A stretch of 28,639 nucleotides of DNA from a virus (IMGVR_UViG_3300036982_000033:1-28639); one strand, 5' to 3'. Positions 1 to 7,857 are shown, counted from the first letter of the stretch. Notes: a model not told the origin generated them from the sequence alone. A program made the numbers and translations.

Positions 1-103
1 TAGTTCCCTTAGCCTCTCGTAGCTTTTAAACCCCCTATCCCCGCACTTTGTGTGTGTGTTGGCACCTTGTATCATCTTAACTCCCAAAGTCCCGTGAGCG
101 TGC

Positions 104-301
104 TTAAAATGCGTCATTTGCAAAGCTATTGTATTTTGTGGTGATGTTTGTCAGCTTCCATAGATGCCGTTCACTCTGCTCAATCTTATGTTGATTCATT
201 AACTCACCAAACAATTGTTCTTTCTCTGCCATATTGCCAAACATGGTGCAAGTGATTGTTTTGCCTGCTTTGGTTGCGCTAACTTCGAATAATCCTATCA
301 T
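104..301 (-). CDS. Hypothetical protein (65 aa)
   Basis: ATGA overlap with the upstream ORF; last gene of the leftward operon. Confidence 0.7.
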   Translation of the reverse strand: MIGLFEVSATKAGKTITCTMFGNMAEKEQLFGELMNQHKIEQSERHLWKLTNITTKYNSFANDAF

Positions 302-642
302 CTCAATTGTATTTTACTTTTAAAGTCTTTCACCACCTCATCTATACCAACTTCATGGATGTGTTCACTGATTGCGTGCATCTCAACTAACTTCCTGATC
401 TTGGCTTGTTGCTCGCCTATCTTGAACAAGTATTGAGCCAATAGGTCTTCATAGGTATCTAAGTCTATTGCCTGCTTATGTGCAAGGTTCAATAGGTTGT
501 CAAGGTTGCTTAGGTGTTTGGTTTGTTCTGTCTTATCACCGGTGTACTTGCTTAACTTGATCTTCATCTCCCTAATTGATCTCTCTGCTTCCTTACAAAT
601 GATTGGTTTGTTTAGTATCTCTTTAGCTTGTTGTGTGGTCAT
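298..642 (-). CDS. Hypothetical protein (114 aa, helical/coiled-coil)
   Basis: ATGA overlaps on both sides within the operon. Confidence 0.75.
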   Translation of the reverse strand: MTTQQAKEILNKPIICKEAERSIREMKIKLSKYTGDKTEQTKHLSNLDNLLNLAHKQAIDLDTYEDLLAQYLFKIGEQQAKIRKLVEMHAISEHIHEVGIDEVVKDFKSKIQLR

Positions 643-1697
643 ATCTTACTTATCCATTGGTTAAATACTTCTGTTGCTATTTGTGCTGTCATTACTGGCG
701 GCACACTCATACCTATTAAATAATGTGGTTTTAATTTCCCAAATTTATAATCTAATGGGTAACTTCCTATTTTGCAAAACTCGTTATCAATTAAATGTTC
801 TGGTTTTTCTTCTATGCAATAAGTTGAATTGCCTGCTGTTATTGTGGAGCAAACTAAATGGTTTAAAGCTTTATAAAAAAATCCAAACGTGTTGTTTTTA
901 TTTGTTTGAAACCTACCGTTTTTATCAGACATTTGCCAACGATTTGCATTTATGTCAGATAATTTTTTTCTTTTAACATTCTTTTCTTTTATTTCTTTAA
1001 AATGTATTTCTTTTTGATTAAATTCTAAATGTAATTTTGGTACTTCTGTAAACATATCCTTTTGATATAAGAAATCTTTTGCTAAGTCTTTACGTAAACA
1101 AATAAAGAATACACGCTCTCTTCGTTGTGGCACTCCCATTGTTGACGCATCTAATAACCAATGCTGACAATAATAACCAGCTTCATCAAATGCAGTGTAT
1201 ATCTTCCGAACATAATCAATTGCATTCCCCATTAACAAACCTTTTACATTTTCTGCAATAACAACTTTAGGTTGCAATTCTTTTGCAAGATCAATAAAAT
1301 CAAAAAATAAGTTATCAAGTATTTGTTCTGCTTGCCCTTCTCTAAATTTCTTTTCTTTACCCCAGTCTTTTTCCCTATTGCCTGCCATACTAAATGAACT
1401 GCATGGTGGTGATCCATCTAATATGTCAAGTTCATAAAGTTCTTTTGGTAAATCTTTTCTTTCTTTAAATGTTTGAATAGGTTCTAAAAATGCATACTTT
1501 GGATTGTGGTTTGCTTTGTATGCTTCAATCATTTTTGGATCTATTTCATTACATCCTAATACATCAAAGCCAGCTAATTTATAACCCATTGTTGAACCTC
1601 CGCCACATGCAAAGCAACTAAATACTTTGCCTTTGTCTTTGGTAAATACTGCATCTTTTAAAGTCCAATTGTATGGAAATCTATGTTCTATGTTCAT
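639..1697 (-). CDS. DNA (cytosine-5) methyltransferase, orphan
   Basis: Motif I FACGGG, motif IV DGSPPC, motif VI ENVKG, motif VIII PQRRERVF and motif X-like GMSVPP; no adjacent restriction enzyme. Confidence 0.95.
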   Translation of the reverse strand: MNIEHRFPYNWTLKDAVFTKDKGKVFSCFACGGGSTMGYKLAGFDVLGCNEIDPKMIEAYKANHNPKYAFLEPIQTFKERKDLPKELYELDILDGSPPCSSFSMAGNREKDWGKEKKFREGQAEQILDNLFFDFIDLAKELQPKVVIAENVKGLLMGNAIDYVRKIYTAFDEAGYYCQHWLLDASTMGVPQRRERVFFICLRKDLAKDFLYQKDMFTEVPKLHLEFNQKEIHFKEIKEKNVKRKKLSDINANRWQMSDKNGRFQTNKNNTFGFFYKALNHLVCSTITAGNSTYCIEEKPEHLIDNEFCKIGSYPLDYKFGKLKPHYLIGMSVPPVMTAQIATEVFNQWISKI

Positions 1698-1939
1698 TGC
1701 GTTATCAGTTTGATTGATTCAACTTTGTATTCACCTCTCTTATCTTTTAGCTTATCTATTTTCTTTGATAGCTTTTGTTTTAATGCTTCCAGTGCTTCCG
1801 GTTCATCTTTGCCGCATGATCTCATTACGTTGGTAATGTAGTGATATTGATTGTAATTGATTACCACTTGATAATAGTATTCATTCATATCCTTGATACT
1901 ATCTAAGATACTTTGTATGTTCATTGATTCTATGCTCAT
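1694..1939 (-). CDS. Hypothetical protein (81 aa)
   Basis: Tightly coupled to both neighbours (3-bp gap; ATGA overlap). Confidence 0.7.
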   Translation of the reverse strand: MSIESMNIQSILDSIKDMNEYYYQVVINYNQYHYITNVMRSCGKDEPEALEALKQKLSKKIDKLKDKRGEYKVESIKLITQ

Positions 1940-1942
1940 AAT

Positions 1943-2737
1943 TTAAAATGGTTTTGGTTCTCCTAATAACTCTACTAATTCTGGAATCCCATTGTTGTCA
2001 ATCACAATGTCAAATGATTGGAATTGTAAGCCTCTTGTATCGTTTGCGCTTATTGTGCTTCTGTTGTGTATGTCTTTGTTCTTAACTATCTTCAATACTG
2101 TTTCTGCCTTCTGTGCTAACATGGTACCTATGTGGCCCCTTGCTTTGCCATCGGATGCGTTCTCATGTAGTATGCAACTGCAATGAATATTATATTCTTT
2201 TGTGATGTGCATAATCCATTGGACCAACTCGCTGCATTCTTTTAAGTCATTGAAATCATATAGCAAATCTACTATTCCATCAATTAAAATATAGCTTATA
2301 GTTCCTTTGTGTCCCTTAAGGAAGTGTTCTATTAGTTCCTTTCGTTCTGTTGGTGTACTATCTCTAAATGCAAAGTAATAGAAATTATTTGAACCGGCCA
2401 TGTATTCAATACGTTGATTAGTTTTTTGTGCATGGTATGCGCTTTGTTCTGTGTCGAATATAGCTAAGGTTGTTCCATTTGGTGCATCTGAAACTAACAA
2501 ATCAAACTTATTCGGATTCAATAAGCTAACCGCAATTGATGAAGTGAAGAAAGTCTTTTTAGATTTCTGTCTACCTTGAATTAAACTAAGATCACCCAAA
2601 GAAAATATAGGAATATGAATTGAACTGGTCCCGCTTCTTTGTGCAACTGACAAAAGTGTTGGCGCTTTCTGTATTACCTTACTTGGATCAAGTCTGGTCT
2701 CATACAATTTGTTTGTAAGTAGGGTTAATTTATCCAT
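1943..2737 (-). CDS. AAA/RecA-like ATPase, probable replicative helicase (AAA_25-like)
   Basis: Walker A variant GRQKSKKT, FDTEQS, Walker B ILIDG, ILHEN and RGHIG. Start set at MDKLT (2737), overlapping the initiator stop, rather than 2806. Confidence 0.85.
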   Translation of the reverse strand: MDKLTLLTNKLYETRLDPSKVIQKAPTLLSVAQRSGTSSIHIPIFSLGDLSLIQGRQKSKKTFFTSSIAVSLLNPNKFDLLVSDAPNGTTLAIFDTEQSAYHAQKTNQRIEYMAGSNNFYYFAFRDSTPTERKELIEHFLKGHKGTISYILIDGIVDLLYDFNDLKECSELVQWIMHITKEYNIHCSCILHENASDGKARGHIGTMLAQKAETVLKIVKNKDIHNRSTISANDTRGLQFQSFDIVIDNNGIPELVELLGEPKPF

Positions 2738-3737
2738 TGATGAATTCATTTGCAGTTCTAACCTTTTGCCACATATCAAACTTATCGATGTACTTATCAG
2801 CATCACGGCTTACCCTTAAGAATTTACTTTTGCCGTTGCTATATCTTCCATACAAATCTTTTAAAGATGTTATACTGTCAATGTCAAAGTGTAGTTGATC
2901 ATCGTATAGTATTTCTTTTAAATATACTCCAATAGTAAATAATTTAAAGGTATCAAATTCGTGTTCCTTTTCTATCTGGTCAATGTCATACATCCATACA
3001 CCAAGATCTGCACTATTCAATAAATCTAAATTATCGTTTCTTTTTATCCTTTTAGCTATATCTGTAAATAGAACATAGAAACCAACAACTGCACGGTACT
3101 TTACACGGTGAATGTCTTTAATAGGTAATATGTCAATATCGCAGTCTTTTAATAAAATACCATTTGCACCTTCTTTCTTTGCGCTATCTTTTAAAGGAAA
3201 TACACCTTGCCAATTGTTCATAATAGATTGCTCTAAGATTTCAATTTGCGTTTGTTCATCTGCAGGTGCTAACTTTTCTAATTTAGATTTTAACAATTCA
3301 ATTGCTTTGCCTGTCATTGGTTTCTTAAGTTGTTTTCTCATAACCAAAAAAGAATCAAAAACAGAATCAAAAAGACTATTATTTATATCATTATCAGTAT
3401 CATTATCAGTATCGGCTTTTTTGGGTTCAGTTGGGTTACCAGATAACCCAGTGGGTTTTTTGGGTTCTTCTTGTTCTTCTTGCTTTGGTCTGCCACCTAA
3501 TTTACCATTTGATTTGTTTCTATTGCTAATACTTTCGTACTTTACTAAGTCACGTTTCAATTGTAATTTAATTGGTTCAAATGATAAATCAATGATTCTA
3601 TCAACTGGATTTGGATTCTCGTCATTCACATAAGAAAATATGTGTTTGATTAATTGACCTGCTTCTTGGTCGTTTAACTTATCAAAGTAACTTCTTTGAT
3701 CAGTGTAAAGCACGAATGATTTTTTGTTTAATGCCAT
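2730..3737 (-). CDS. Phage replication initiator / replisome organizer (DUF6291-like N-terminus)
   Basis: KKSFVLY...AGQLIKHIFSY, NGKLGGRPK, a low-complexity linker, and KPMT...EQSIMNNWQGVFPLK; lies directly upstream of the helicase-like gene. Confidence 0.8.
   Translation of the reverse strand: MALNKKSFVLYTDQRSYFDKLNDQEAGQLIKHIFSYVNDENPNPVDRIIDLSFEPIKLQLKRDLVKYESISNRNKSNGKLGGRPKQEEQEEPKKPTGLSGNPTEPKKADTDNDTDNDINNSLFDSVFDSFLVMRKQLKKPMTGKAIELLKSKLEKLAPADEQTQIEILEQSIMNNWQGVFPLKDSAKKEGANGILLKDCDIDILPIKDIHRVKYRAVVGFYVLFTDIAKRIKRNDNLDLLNSADLGVWMYDIDQIEKEHEFDTFKLFTIGVYLKEILYDDQLHFDIDSITSLKDLYGRYSNGKSKFLRVSRDADKYIDKFDMWQKVRTANEFING
3386..3466. repeat. Iteron-like repeats inside the initiator gene (candidate origin)
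   Basis: TGGGTT at 3422, 3432, 3452 and 3461, an inverted AACCCA at 3445, and TATCATTATCAG twice at 3386-3409. Confidence 0.6.
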
Positions 3738-3738
3738 T

Positions 3739-3853
3739 ATGTATCACGTTTTTTTTTAAAGAAACAAGGGAAGGGCGTGATACATTTTTTGAATGAACCT
3801 CCCCAAGTTTCAATATTTTAAATAAATTATTTGCTAATTTTAAATGTATCACG
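3739..3853 (-). promoter_or_regulatory. Structured 5' leader of the initiator gene (A / anti-A / A repeats plus hairpin)
   Basis: ATGTATCACG at 3739-3748 and 3844-3853, its reverse complement at 3776-3785, inside a hairpin with arms at ~3761-3774 and ~3798-3811. Confidence 0.7.
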
Positions 3854-3856
3854 ATG

Positions 3857-3864
3857 CAAATATA
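3857..3864 (-). promoter_or_regulatory. Bacteroidota -7 promoter element for the replication genes
   Basis: TATATTTG matches TAnnTTTG and sits immediately before the structured leader. Confidence 0.7.
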
Positions 3865-3909
3865 CTCTTTATTTTATCTCTTATCTACTTATTTATAATT
3901 TGTCAATAA

Positions 3910-4167
3910 CTATTTAGCCTCAACCGTTAATTCCCCAATTGGCGTGCTTAACACATCGTGATCAATAGAATCCATTATAACATTAAAGTTATGTATTATT
4001 CTTTCGTGTGTAGCCGAATCCATATCTTCCAATATGTAGCTTTGTTTAGCGGCCCAGTCTTCAATACTTCTTATTGCCTTTTTAAATCCATTGTTAGGCA
4101 TATCTACCTGATCAATGATAGTAAGTAGTCTTACAGTGCTGATGTATAATTCAATGGCTGGCTTCAT
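3910..4167 (-). CDS. Hypothetical protein (85 aa)
   Basis: ATGA overlap with the upstream ORF. Confidence 0.7.
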   Translation of the reverse strand: MKPAIELYISTVRLLTIIDQVDMPNNGFKKAIRSIEDWAAKQSYILEDMDSATHERIIHNFNVIMDSIDHDVLSTPIGELTVEAK

Positions 4168-4337
4168 AAATCAATTTGCTCATTTAATTCCATAATTGCA
4201 CCATCAATAGAACTTTGTTGAAATCCTATGCACTTCATTAAGTTAGTGAATGTTTCAAGAATTTCTGTTGCGTTTAAATTGTCTGCCTCTGTCTCAATGG
4301 AATACGTAATTCCAAAATATTTAATTGTGATTATCAT
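4164..4337 (-). CDS. Hypothetical protein (57 aa, MIITIKYFG...)
   Basis: Start reassigned to the ATG at 4337, which overlaps the SLT stop (ATGA). Confidence 0.65.
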   Translation of the reverse strand: MIITIKYFGITYSIETEADNLNATEILETFTNLMKCIGFQQSSIDGAIMELNEQIDL

Positions 4338-4756
4338 TTTATTTGTTGTTTTACTTTTTGCCAGTATTTTAATGTGCTTTTCTTTTTGTGTCCATTGCAC
4401 CCACCATTCCAATTGCGGGCAATCTTTTGATCTGTTGCATTCTTTGTGTGTGATCTTATCACATTGAACATTTCAATGCTTTTTGCCTTACTCCAACGAT
4501 CTTTTAACGTGTATTTATCTTCACCAAGTAACCTATTTACCTCTCTAACCATGATAGGGCGTATTTGCAAGCAGCCTACTGCATCTTCTTTGGAATTGTA
4601 GGCAAGTGTATCAAAATTAGATTCAACGGCCATCACGGCGTTTAAAAGTGTATCTATTGGAATAGGTTCTATAATTGGCTTATCGTACCACATAGATTGT
4701 GTACTAATAAATGCCAAAAGTGATAATGATAAGATTGTTTGTTTCTTATTTAACAT
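4334..4756 (-). CDS. Lytic transglycosylase (SLT/lysozyme-like) with N-terminal signal or anchor
   Basis: AVMAVES (catalytic Glu), AVGCLQI and ARNWNGG motifs; hydrophobic N-terminus. Confidence 0.85.
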   Translation of the reverse strand: MLNKKQTILSLSLLAFISTQSMWYDKPIIEPIPIDTLLNAVMAVESNFDTLAYNSKEDAVGCLQIRPIMVREVNRLLGEDKYTLKDRWSKAKSIEMFNVIRSHTKNATDQKIARNWNGGCNGHKKKSTLKYWQKVKQQIK

Positions 4757-4760
4757 GTGG

Positions 4761-4821
4761 CAAAAGTAATGTACAAACTATATGCAAAGTAATAGTTTAA
4801 CTATTTATAATCAATCAAAAT
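4761..4821 (-). promoter_or_regulatory. Leftward promoter with upstream 19-bp box
   Basis: -7 TACTTTTG at 4761-4768, TGCATATAGTTT at 4775-4786, and box ATTTATAATCAATCAAAAT at 4803-4821. Confidence 0.8.
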
Positions 4822-4854
4822 AGTGTACATTTAAAATACATCTATTAATATGCT

Positions 4855-4862
4855 TAAATTTG
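4855..4862 (+). promoter_or_regulatory. -7 element of the rightward promoter
   Basis: TAAATTTG lies 4 nt before the ATG at 4867. Confidence 0.55.
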
Positions 4863-4866
4863 CAGC

Positions 4867-5166
4867 ATGATTAAAAACAATATACTATTGATTGGCTTCA
4901 TCGTTGGCATCCTGCTGATGGTAATTATAGTCAACCTCACCCAGTGCCGCAAACCTGCACCACCGGAACCTGATCCAATTGAACAAATAGATTCTATTGA
5001 ATTACGAATTGACACACTACAAATAACTAAAATTAAAACCATAACCAAATTAAAAACCAAAATACAATATGAAACAAGTATTATTTCTCGCACTCCTGAC
5101 AGTGGGCAAATTATCATTCGCGCAAACCTCCGTGATTCAATCGACTTCTATTTGCATACAAGATAG
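4867..5166 (+). CDS. Membrane-anchored or lipoprotein-like protein, putative spanin component
   Basis: N-terminal hydrophobic helix, then LTQC and a Pro-rich linker; overlaps the next ORF by 98 bp. Confidence 0.6.
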   Translation: MIKNNILLIGFIVGILLMVIIVNLTQCRKPAPPEPDPIEQIDSIELRIDTLQITKIKTITKLKTKIQYETSIISRTPDSGQIIIRANLRDSIDFYLHTR

Positions 5167-5455
5167 TATTCATACGCCGGTTGAACTTTACAAAGCCGAT
5201 AACATAAGATTGAACACTTTATATCGTGAACTTCAATTATGTGATTCTTTGCGTATTTTAGAACTGTATGAACTTAATGATCAAAAAGCCATAAGTGAAA
5301 AGTACAAAAAAAGTTTAGACCTAAAAAGTCAAATGCTTAAAAACTCGGCCGCTGATACACGTGATAAAATCTTAAAACTAAGACGAACCAGAAGTATATT
5401 ATCATGGACCATTGTAGCGGTGGTTGTGGAAGCGTTTGTAATTTATATTAAATGA
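5069..5455 (+). CDS. Signal peptide, coiled coil and C-terminal TM protein; putative spanin component
   Basis: MKQVLFLALL...SFA/Q signal, helical middle region, and a C-terminal hydrophobic segment ending in K. Confidence 0.6.
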   Translation: MKQVLFLALLTVGKLSFAQTSVIQSTSICIQDSIHTPVELYKADNIRLNTLYRELQLCDSLRILELYELNDQKAISEKYKKSLDLKSQMLKNSAADTRDKILKLRRTRSILSWTIVAVVVEAFVIYIK

Positions 5456-5462
5456 AGATTTA

Positions 5463-6155
5463 ATGAAATTAAAAGAAAAGAAATGCAAAGGGCAAAACAA
5501 AGCAATCAATTTTGATGGATGCGGTGGGCTTGTGTTGGTCCGTACTTATGGACTTTGTTCAACTTGTTACGATAGTTGGTTAAAAACAACCCCAGAAGGC
5601 AAAGAACAGTTGTACAAACACGCTTTAAAACATGTCACAAATATTCGCAAAATCAAGACAGAACAAAAGTCAAAGAACAAAGAACAACTAAAAACACGAT
5701 CCGACTGGCAGAAAGATGTGCAGGTTAAAATTAACAAGATAATAAGGTTAATTGATCACGATCAAAAGTGCATTGCATCTGGTAAACATTCATTGATTAA
5801 TGATGCAGGCCATTATTATGGAAGATTAGCGCACCCCACACTTGCGTTCCATGCACACAACATATTCCAACAATCACGGCATTCCAATAGCTACAAAGGT
5901 GGTGACGATAAGCGTTACCGTGAAGGCTTAATTGACACATTTGGAGTTCAATACTTGGACTGGATTGAATCACTTCCTGCACACCCTTTAATTAAATTGA
6001 ATGTGAATGACCTGAAAGATTTGAATCTAAGGTTAAACGATTACATTAAAACAGTTGATAAGGTTTTGAGATCACCTGATGAAAGGGTGACAGAACGTAA
6101 CCGATTAAATGAATACTTAGGAATCTACCAAAAAGACCTAAGTTCTTATTTATAA
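5463..6155 (+). CDS. ninG: NinG/Rap-like recombination endonuclease
   Basis: N-terminal Cys cluster, LKTRSDW, INKIIRLID..KCIASG, DAGHY, FHAHNIFQQ, and YREGLIDTFG. Confidence 0.8.
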   Translation: MKLKEKKCKGQNKAINFDGCGGLVLVRTYGLCSTCYDSWLKTTPEGKEQLYKHALKHVTNIRKIKTEQKSKNKEQLKTRSDWQKDVQVKINKIIRLIDHDQKCIASGKHSLINDAGHYYGRLAHPTLAFHAHNIFQQSRHSNSYKGGDDKRYREGLIDTFGVQYLDWIESLPAHPLIKLNVNDLKDLNLRLNDYIKTVDKVLRSPDERVTERNRLNEYLGIYQKDLSSYL

Positions 6156-6207
6156 TCATTCTAATTGCATTAAATTAGTTTTGCATATAGTTTTAATACT
6201 ATATTTG
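6148..6207 (+). promoter_or_regulatory. Rightward promoter with upstream 19-bp box
   Basis: Box ATTTATAATCATTCTAATT at 6148-6166, TGCATATAGTTT at 6182-6193, and -7 TATATTTG at 6200-6207. Confidence 0.85.
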
Positions 6208-6229
6208 TGGCAACATAAAAGGATAAGAA

Positions 6230-6403
6230 ATGACAACAATCACAAACACAACAGGATCAAAAGCGGTAAAAGTATCTAAAAACATTGATAGAGTAATTGC
6301 AATGTATGTTCAAATCTATAACGGAACTGAACAAGTTTTAGAAAGCAAATCTTTTGCAACTGAAAAAAGAGCGTTAACATGGGCAAACTTAAAACTAAAC
6401 TAA
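6230..6403 (+). CDS. Hypothetical protein (57 aa, MTTITNTTGSKAVKV...), missing from the ORF track
   Basis: Open frame directly after the promoter, ending 4 bp before the next ATG. Confidence 0.8.
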   Translation: MTTITNTTGSKAVKVSKNIDRVIAMYVQIYNGTEQVLESKSFATEKRALTWANLKLN

Positions 6404-6407
6404 TAAA

Positions 6408-6812
6408 ATGAACCACGAACTACACAACCTCGAAAATGACTTTAACCGTTCAAGGGATTTGTCATTGCTTAACTGCTTCCTAATTGCTGAAACAACACCC
6501 CACGTTGATGGGGATTACATTGTGACCACATTCAGCAAGTACCAAGACAACGATCAATATTTGATTTGTTGCCTTGAAGATAACCACGACATGCGCATTA
6601 TGTTGGATGTGTTTATTGACACAACCGACTTCATTGACTGGATTGTTGACAATGACCTGCATTATCAGGAAGATGACGAATACAATCCATTTAGTAGTTT
6701 TGGCCATGATACAATCAAACGTGAACTTGAATTTTATGATTATTGCAATGCTCAAAATGTGCTGCACTATTTGCAGGAAGGTGGTAAAAGAAAAGTAAAA
6801 TACACAAGATGA
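6408..6812 (+). CDS. Hypothetical acidic protein (134 aa)
   Basis: Within the operon with an ATGA overlap downstream; Asp/Glu-rich. Confidence 0.75.
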   Translation: MNHELHNLENDFNRSRDLSLLNCFLIAETTPHVDGDYIVTTFSKYQDNDQYLICCLEDNHDMRIMLDVFIDTTDFIDWIVDNDLHYQEDDEYNPFSSFGHDTIKRELEFYDYCNAQNVLHYLQEGGKRKVKYTR

Positions 6813-7012
6813 AAGACATATTAGAAGAAACACGAAAGAAACCATTTAGAGGCATTCAGAAACGAATCGCAGACCAATTGGGCATACACCCCCAGACAGT
6901 TAACAATGCTTTATTAGGTAGGCTTGTACGAATGGACCAAGCAACCAGAGAGCAAATAATAAGACTTTTTAAAAACGAATATTCACAAATACAAAAAACA
7001 ATTAAAAATTAA
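6809..7012 (+). CDS. Small HTH DNA-binding protein (Cro/XRE-like)
   Basis: QKRIADQLGIHPQTVNNAL helix-turn-helix pattern. Confidence 0.8.
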   Translation: MKDILEETRKKPFRGIQKRIADQLGIHPQTVNNALLGRLVRMDQATREQIIRLFKNEYSQIQKTIKN

Positions 7013-7016
7013 AACA

Positions 7017-7628
7017 ATGGCAATTATCGCAACCAACACCGCAACATCATTTGATCGTGAACCTATCGCAGCCGGCAGCTATGCAGCACGATGTTACTCA
7101 ATGATTCAATTAGGCACCAACGAAGAAAACATTCAAGGTGTAGCAAAGAAATTAAACAAGGTAAGGATCACGTGGGAACTTCCAACAGAGACCAAAGTAT
7201 TCAAGGAAGAGAATGGAGAACAACCGCTTGTTATTAGTAAAGAATTTACCCTTTCAATGCACGAAAAATCAACCCTTCGCCAGTTTCTTGAATCATGGCG
7301 CGGAAAAACATTTACAGAAAAAGAGGCTTTGTCTTTTGATGTTACCGCACTAATTGGCAAACCTTGTTTGATTTCAATCAGTCACAAAGTTGCAAAGAAT
7401 GGCAACACCTATGCAAACTTGACCGGTGTAAACTTACTACCCAAAGGTATGGAATGCCCTGCACAAATTAACGCTGATCAAGTCCTTGCCTTTGATGATT
7501 TCAATGAGGATGTGTTTAATTCATTACCAGACTTTTTAAAAGATAAGATTGTTTCAAGTGAAGAATTCAAAGCAATGTCAAAGCCGAATGAAATCCCAGT
7601 GGATGAATCGGATGAAATACCATTTTAA
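7017..7628 (+). CDS. Putative phage ssDNA-binding protein
   Basis: AGSYAARCY, TLSMHEKSTLR..LESWRG and LIGKPC motifs; acidic tail DESDEIPF typical of SSBs. Confidence 0.7.
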   Translation: MAIIATNTATSFDREPIAAGSYAARCYSMIQLGTNEENIQGVAKKLNKVRITWELPTETKVFKEENGEQPLVISKEFTLSMHEKSTLRQFLESWRGKTFTEKEALSFDVTALIGKPCLISISHKVAKNGNTYANLTGVNLLPKGMECPAQINADQVLAFDDFNEDVFNSLPDFLKDKIVSSEEFKAMSKPNEIPVDESDEIPF

Positions 7629-7653
7629 AATACCATTTTAAAATAAGATTTTA
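7615..7653 (+). repeat. 13-bp tandem repeat, three copies
   Basis: AAATACCATTTTA, AAATACCATTTTA, AAATAAGATTTTA. Confidence 0.8.
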
Positions 7654-7857
7654 ATGAACAACCTTTTTATAAAGATAACAGAAGAACAATTTGCGCAGGT
7701 ACCTCAAGAATTTAGACAATATTTTGAGGTGCTAAAAGCAGAGCCGGATGACGATGAACTTTTTGAAGGTGACGAACATTACAAAAAGCTGGTAAGTATA
7801 TACCGCAAAGCAAGCAAAGAATTAAGGGATTATAAATTTGATAAACGTCACAAATGA
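7654..7857 (+). CDS. Hypothetical protein (67 aa)
   Basis: ATGA overlap with the next gene. Confidence 0.7.
   Translation: MNNLFIKITEEQFAQVPQEFRQYFEVLKAEPDDDELFEGDEHYKKLVSIYRKASKELRDYKFDKRHK

Noticed and set aside
49-60. (TG)n runs here and near 10520
   Set aside because: Short microsatellite-like runs with no consistent structure or context.
2738-2806. Longer start for the ATPase (also 4412 for the 57-aa ORF and 14265 for the tail terminator)
   Set aside because: Downstream ATGs give the usual short overlaps or fit promoter spacing; the longer starts run deep into neighbours or into the -7 element.
3112-3633. 173-aa plus-strand ORF
   Set aside because: Antisense shadow of the initiator gene with low-complexity, Ser/Leu/Phe-rich translation.
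4815-4862. TCAAAATAGTGTACAT as a fourth late-promoter box before the spanin-like pair
   Set aside because: Needs an insertion, spacing is not 21 bp, and it overlaps the Fur-like box; too weak to call.
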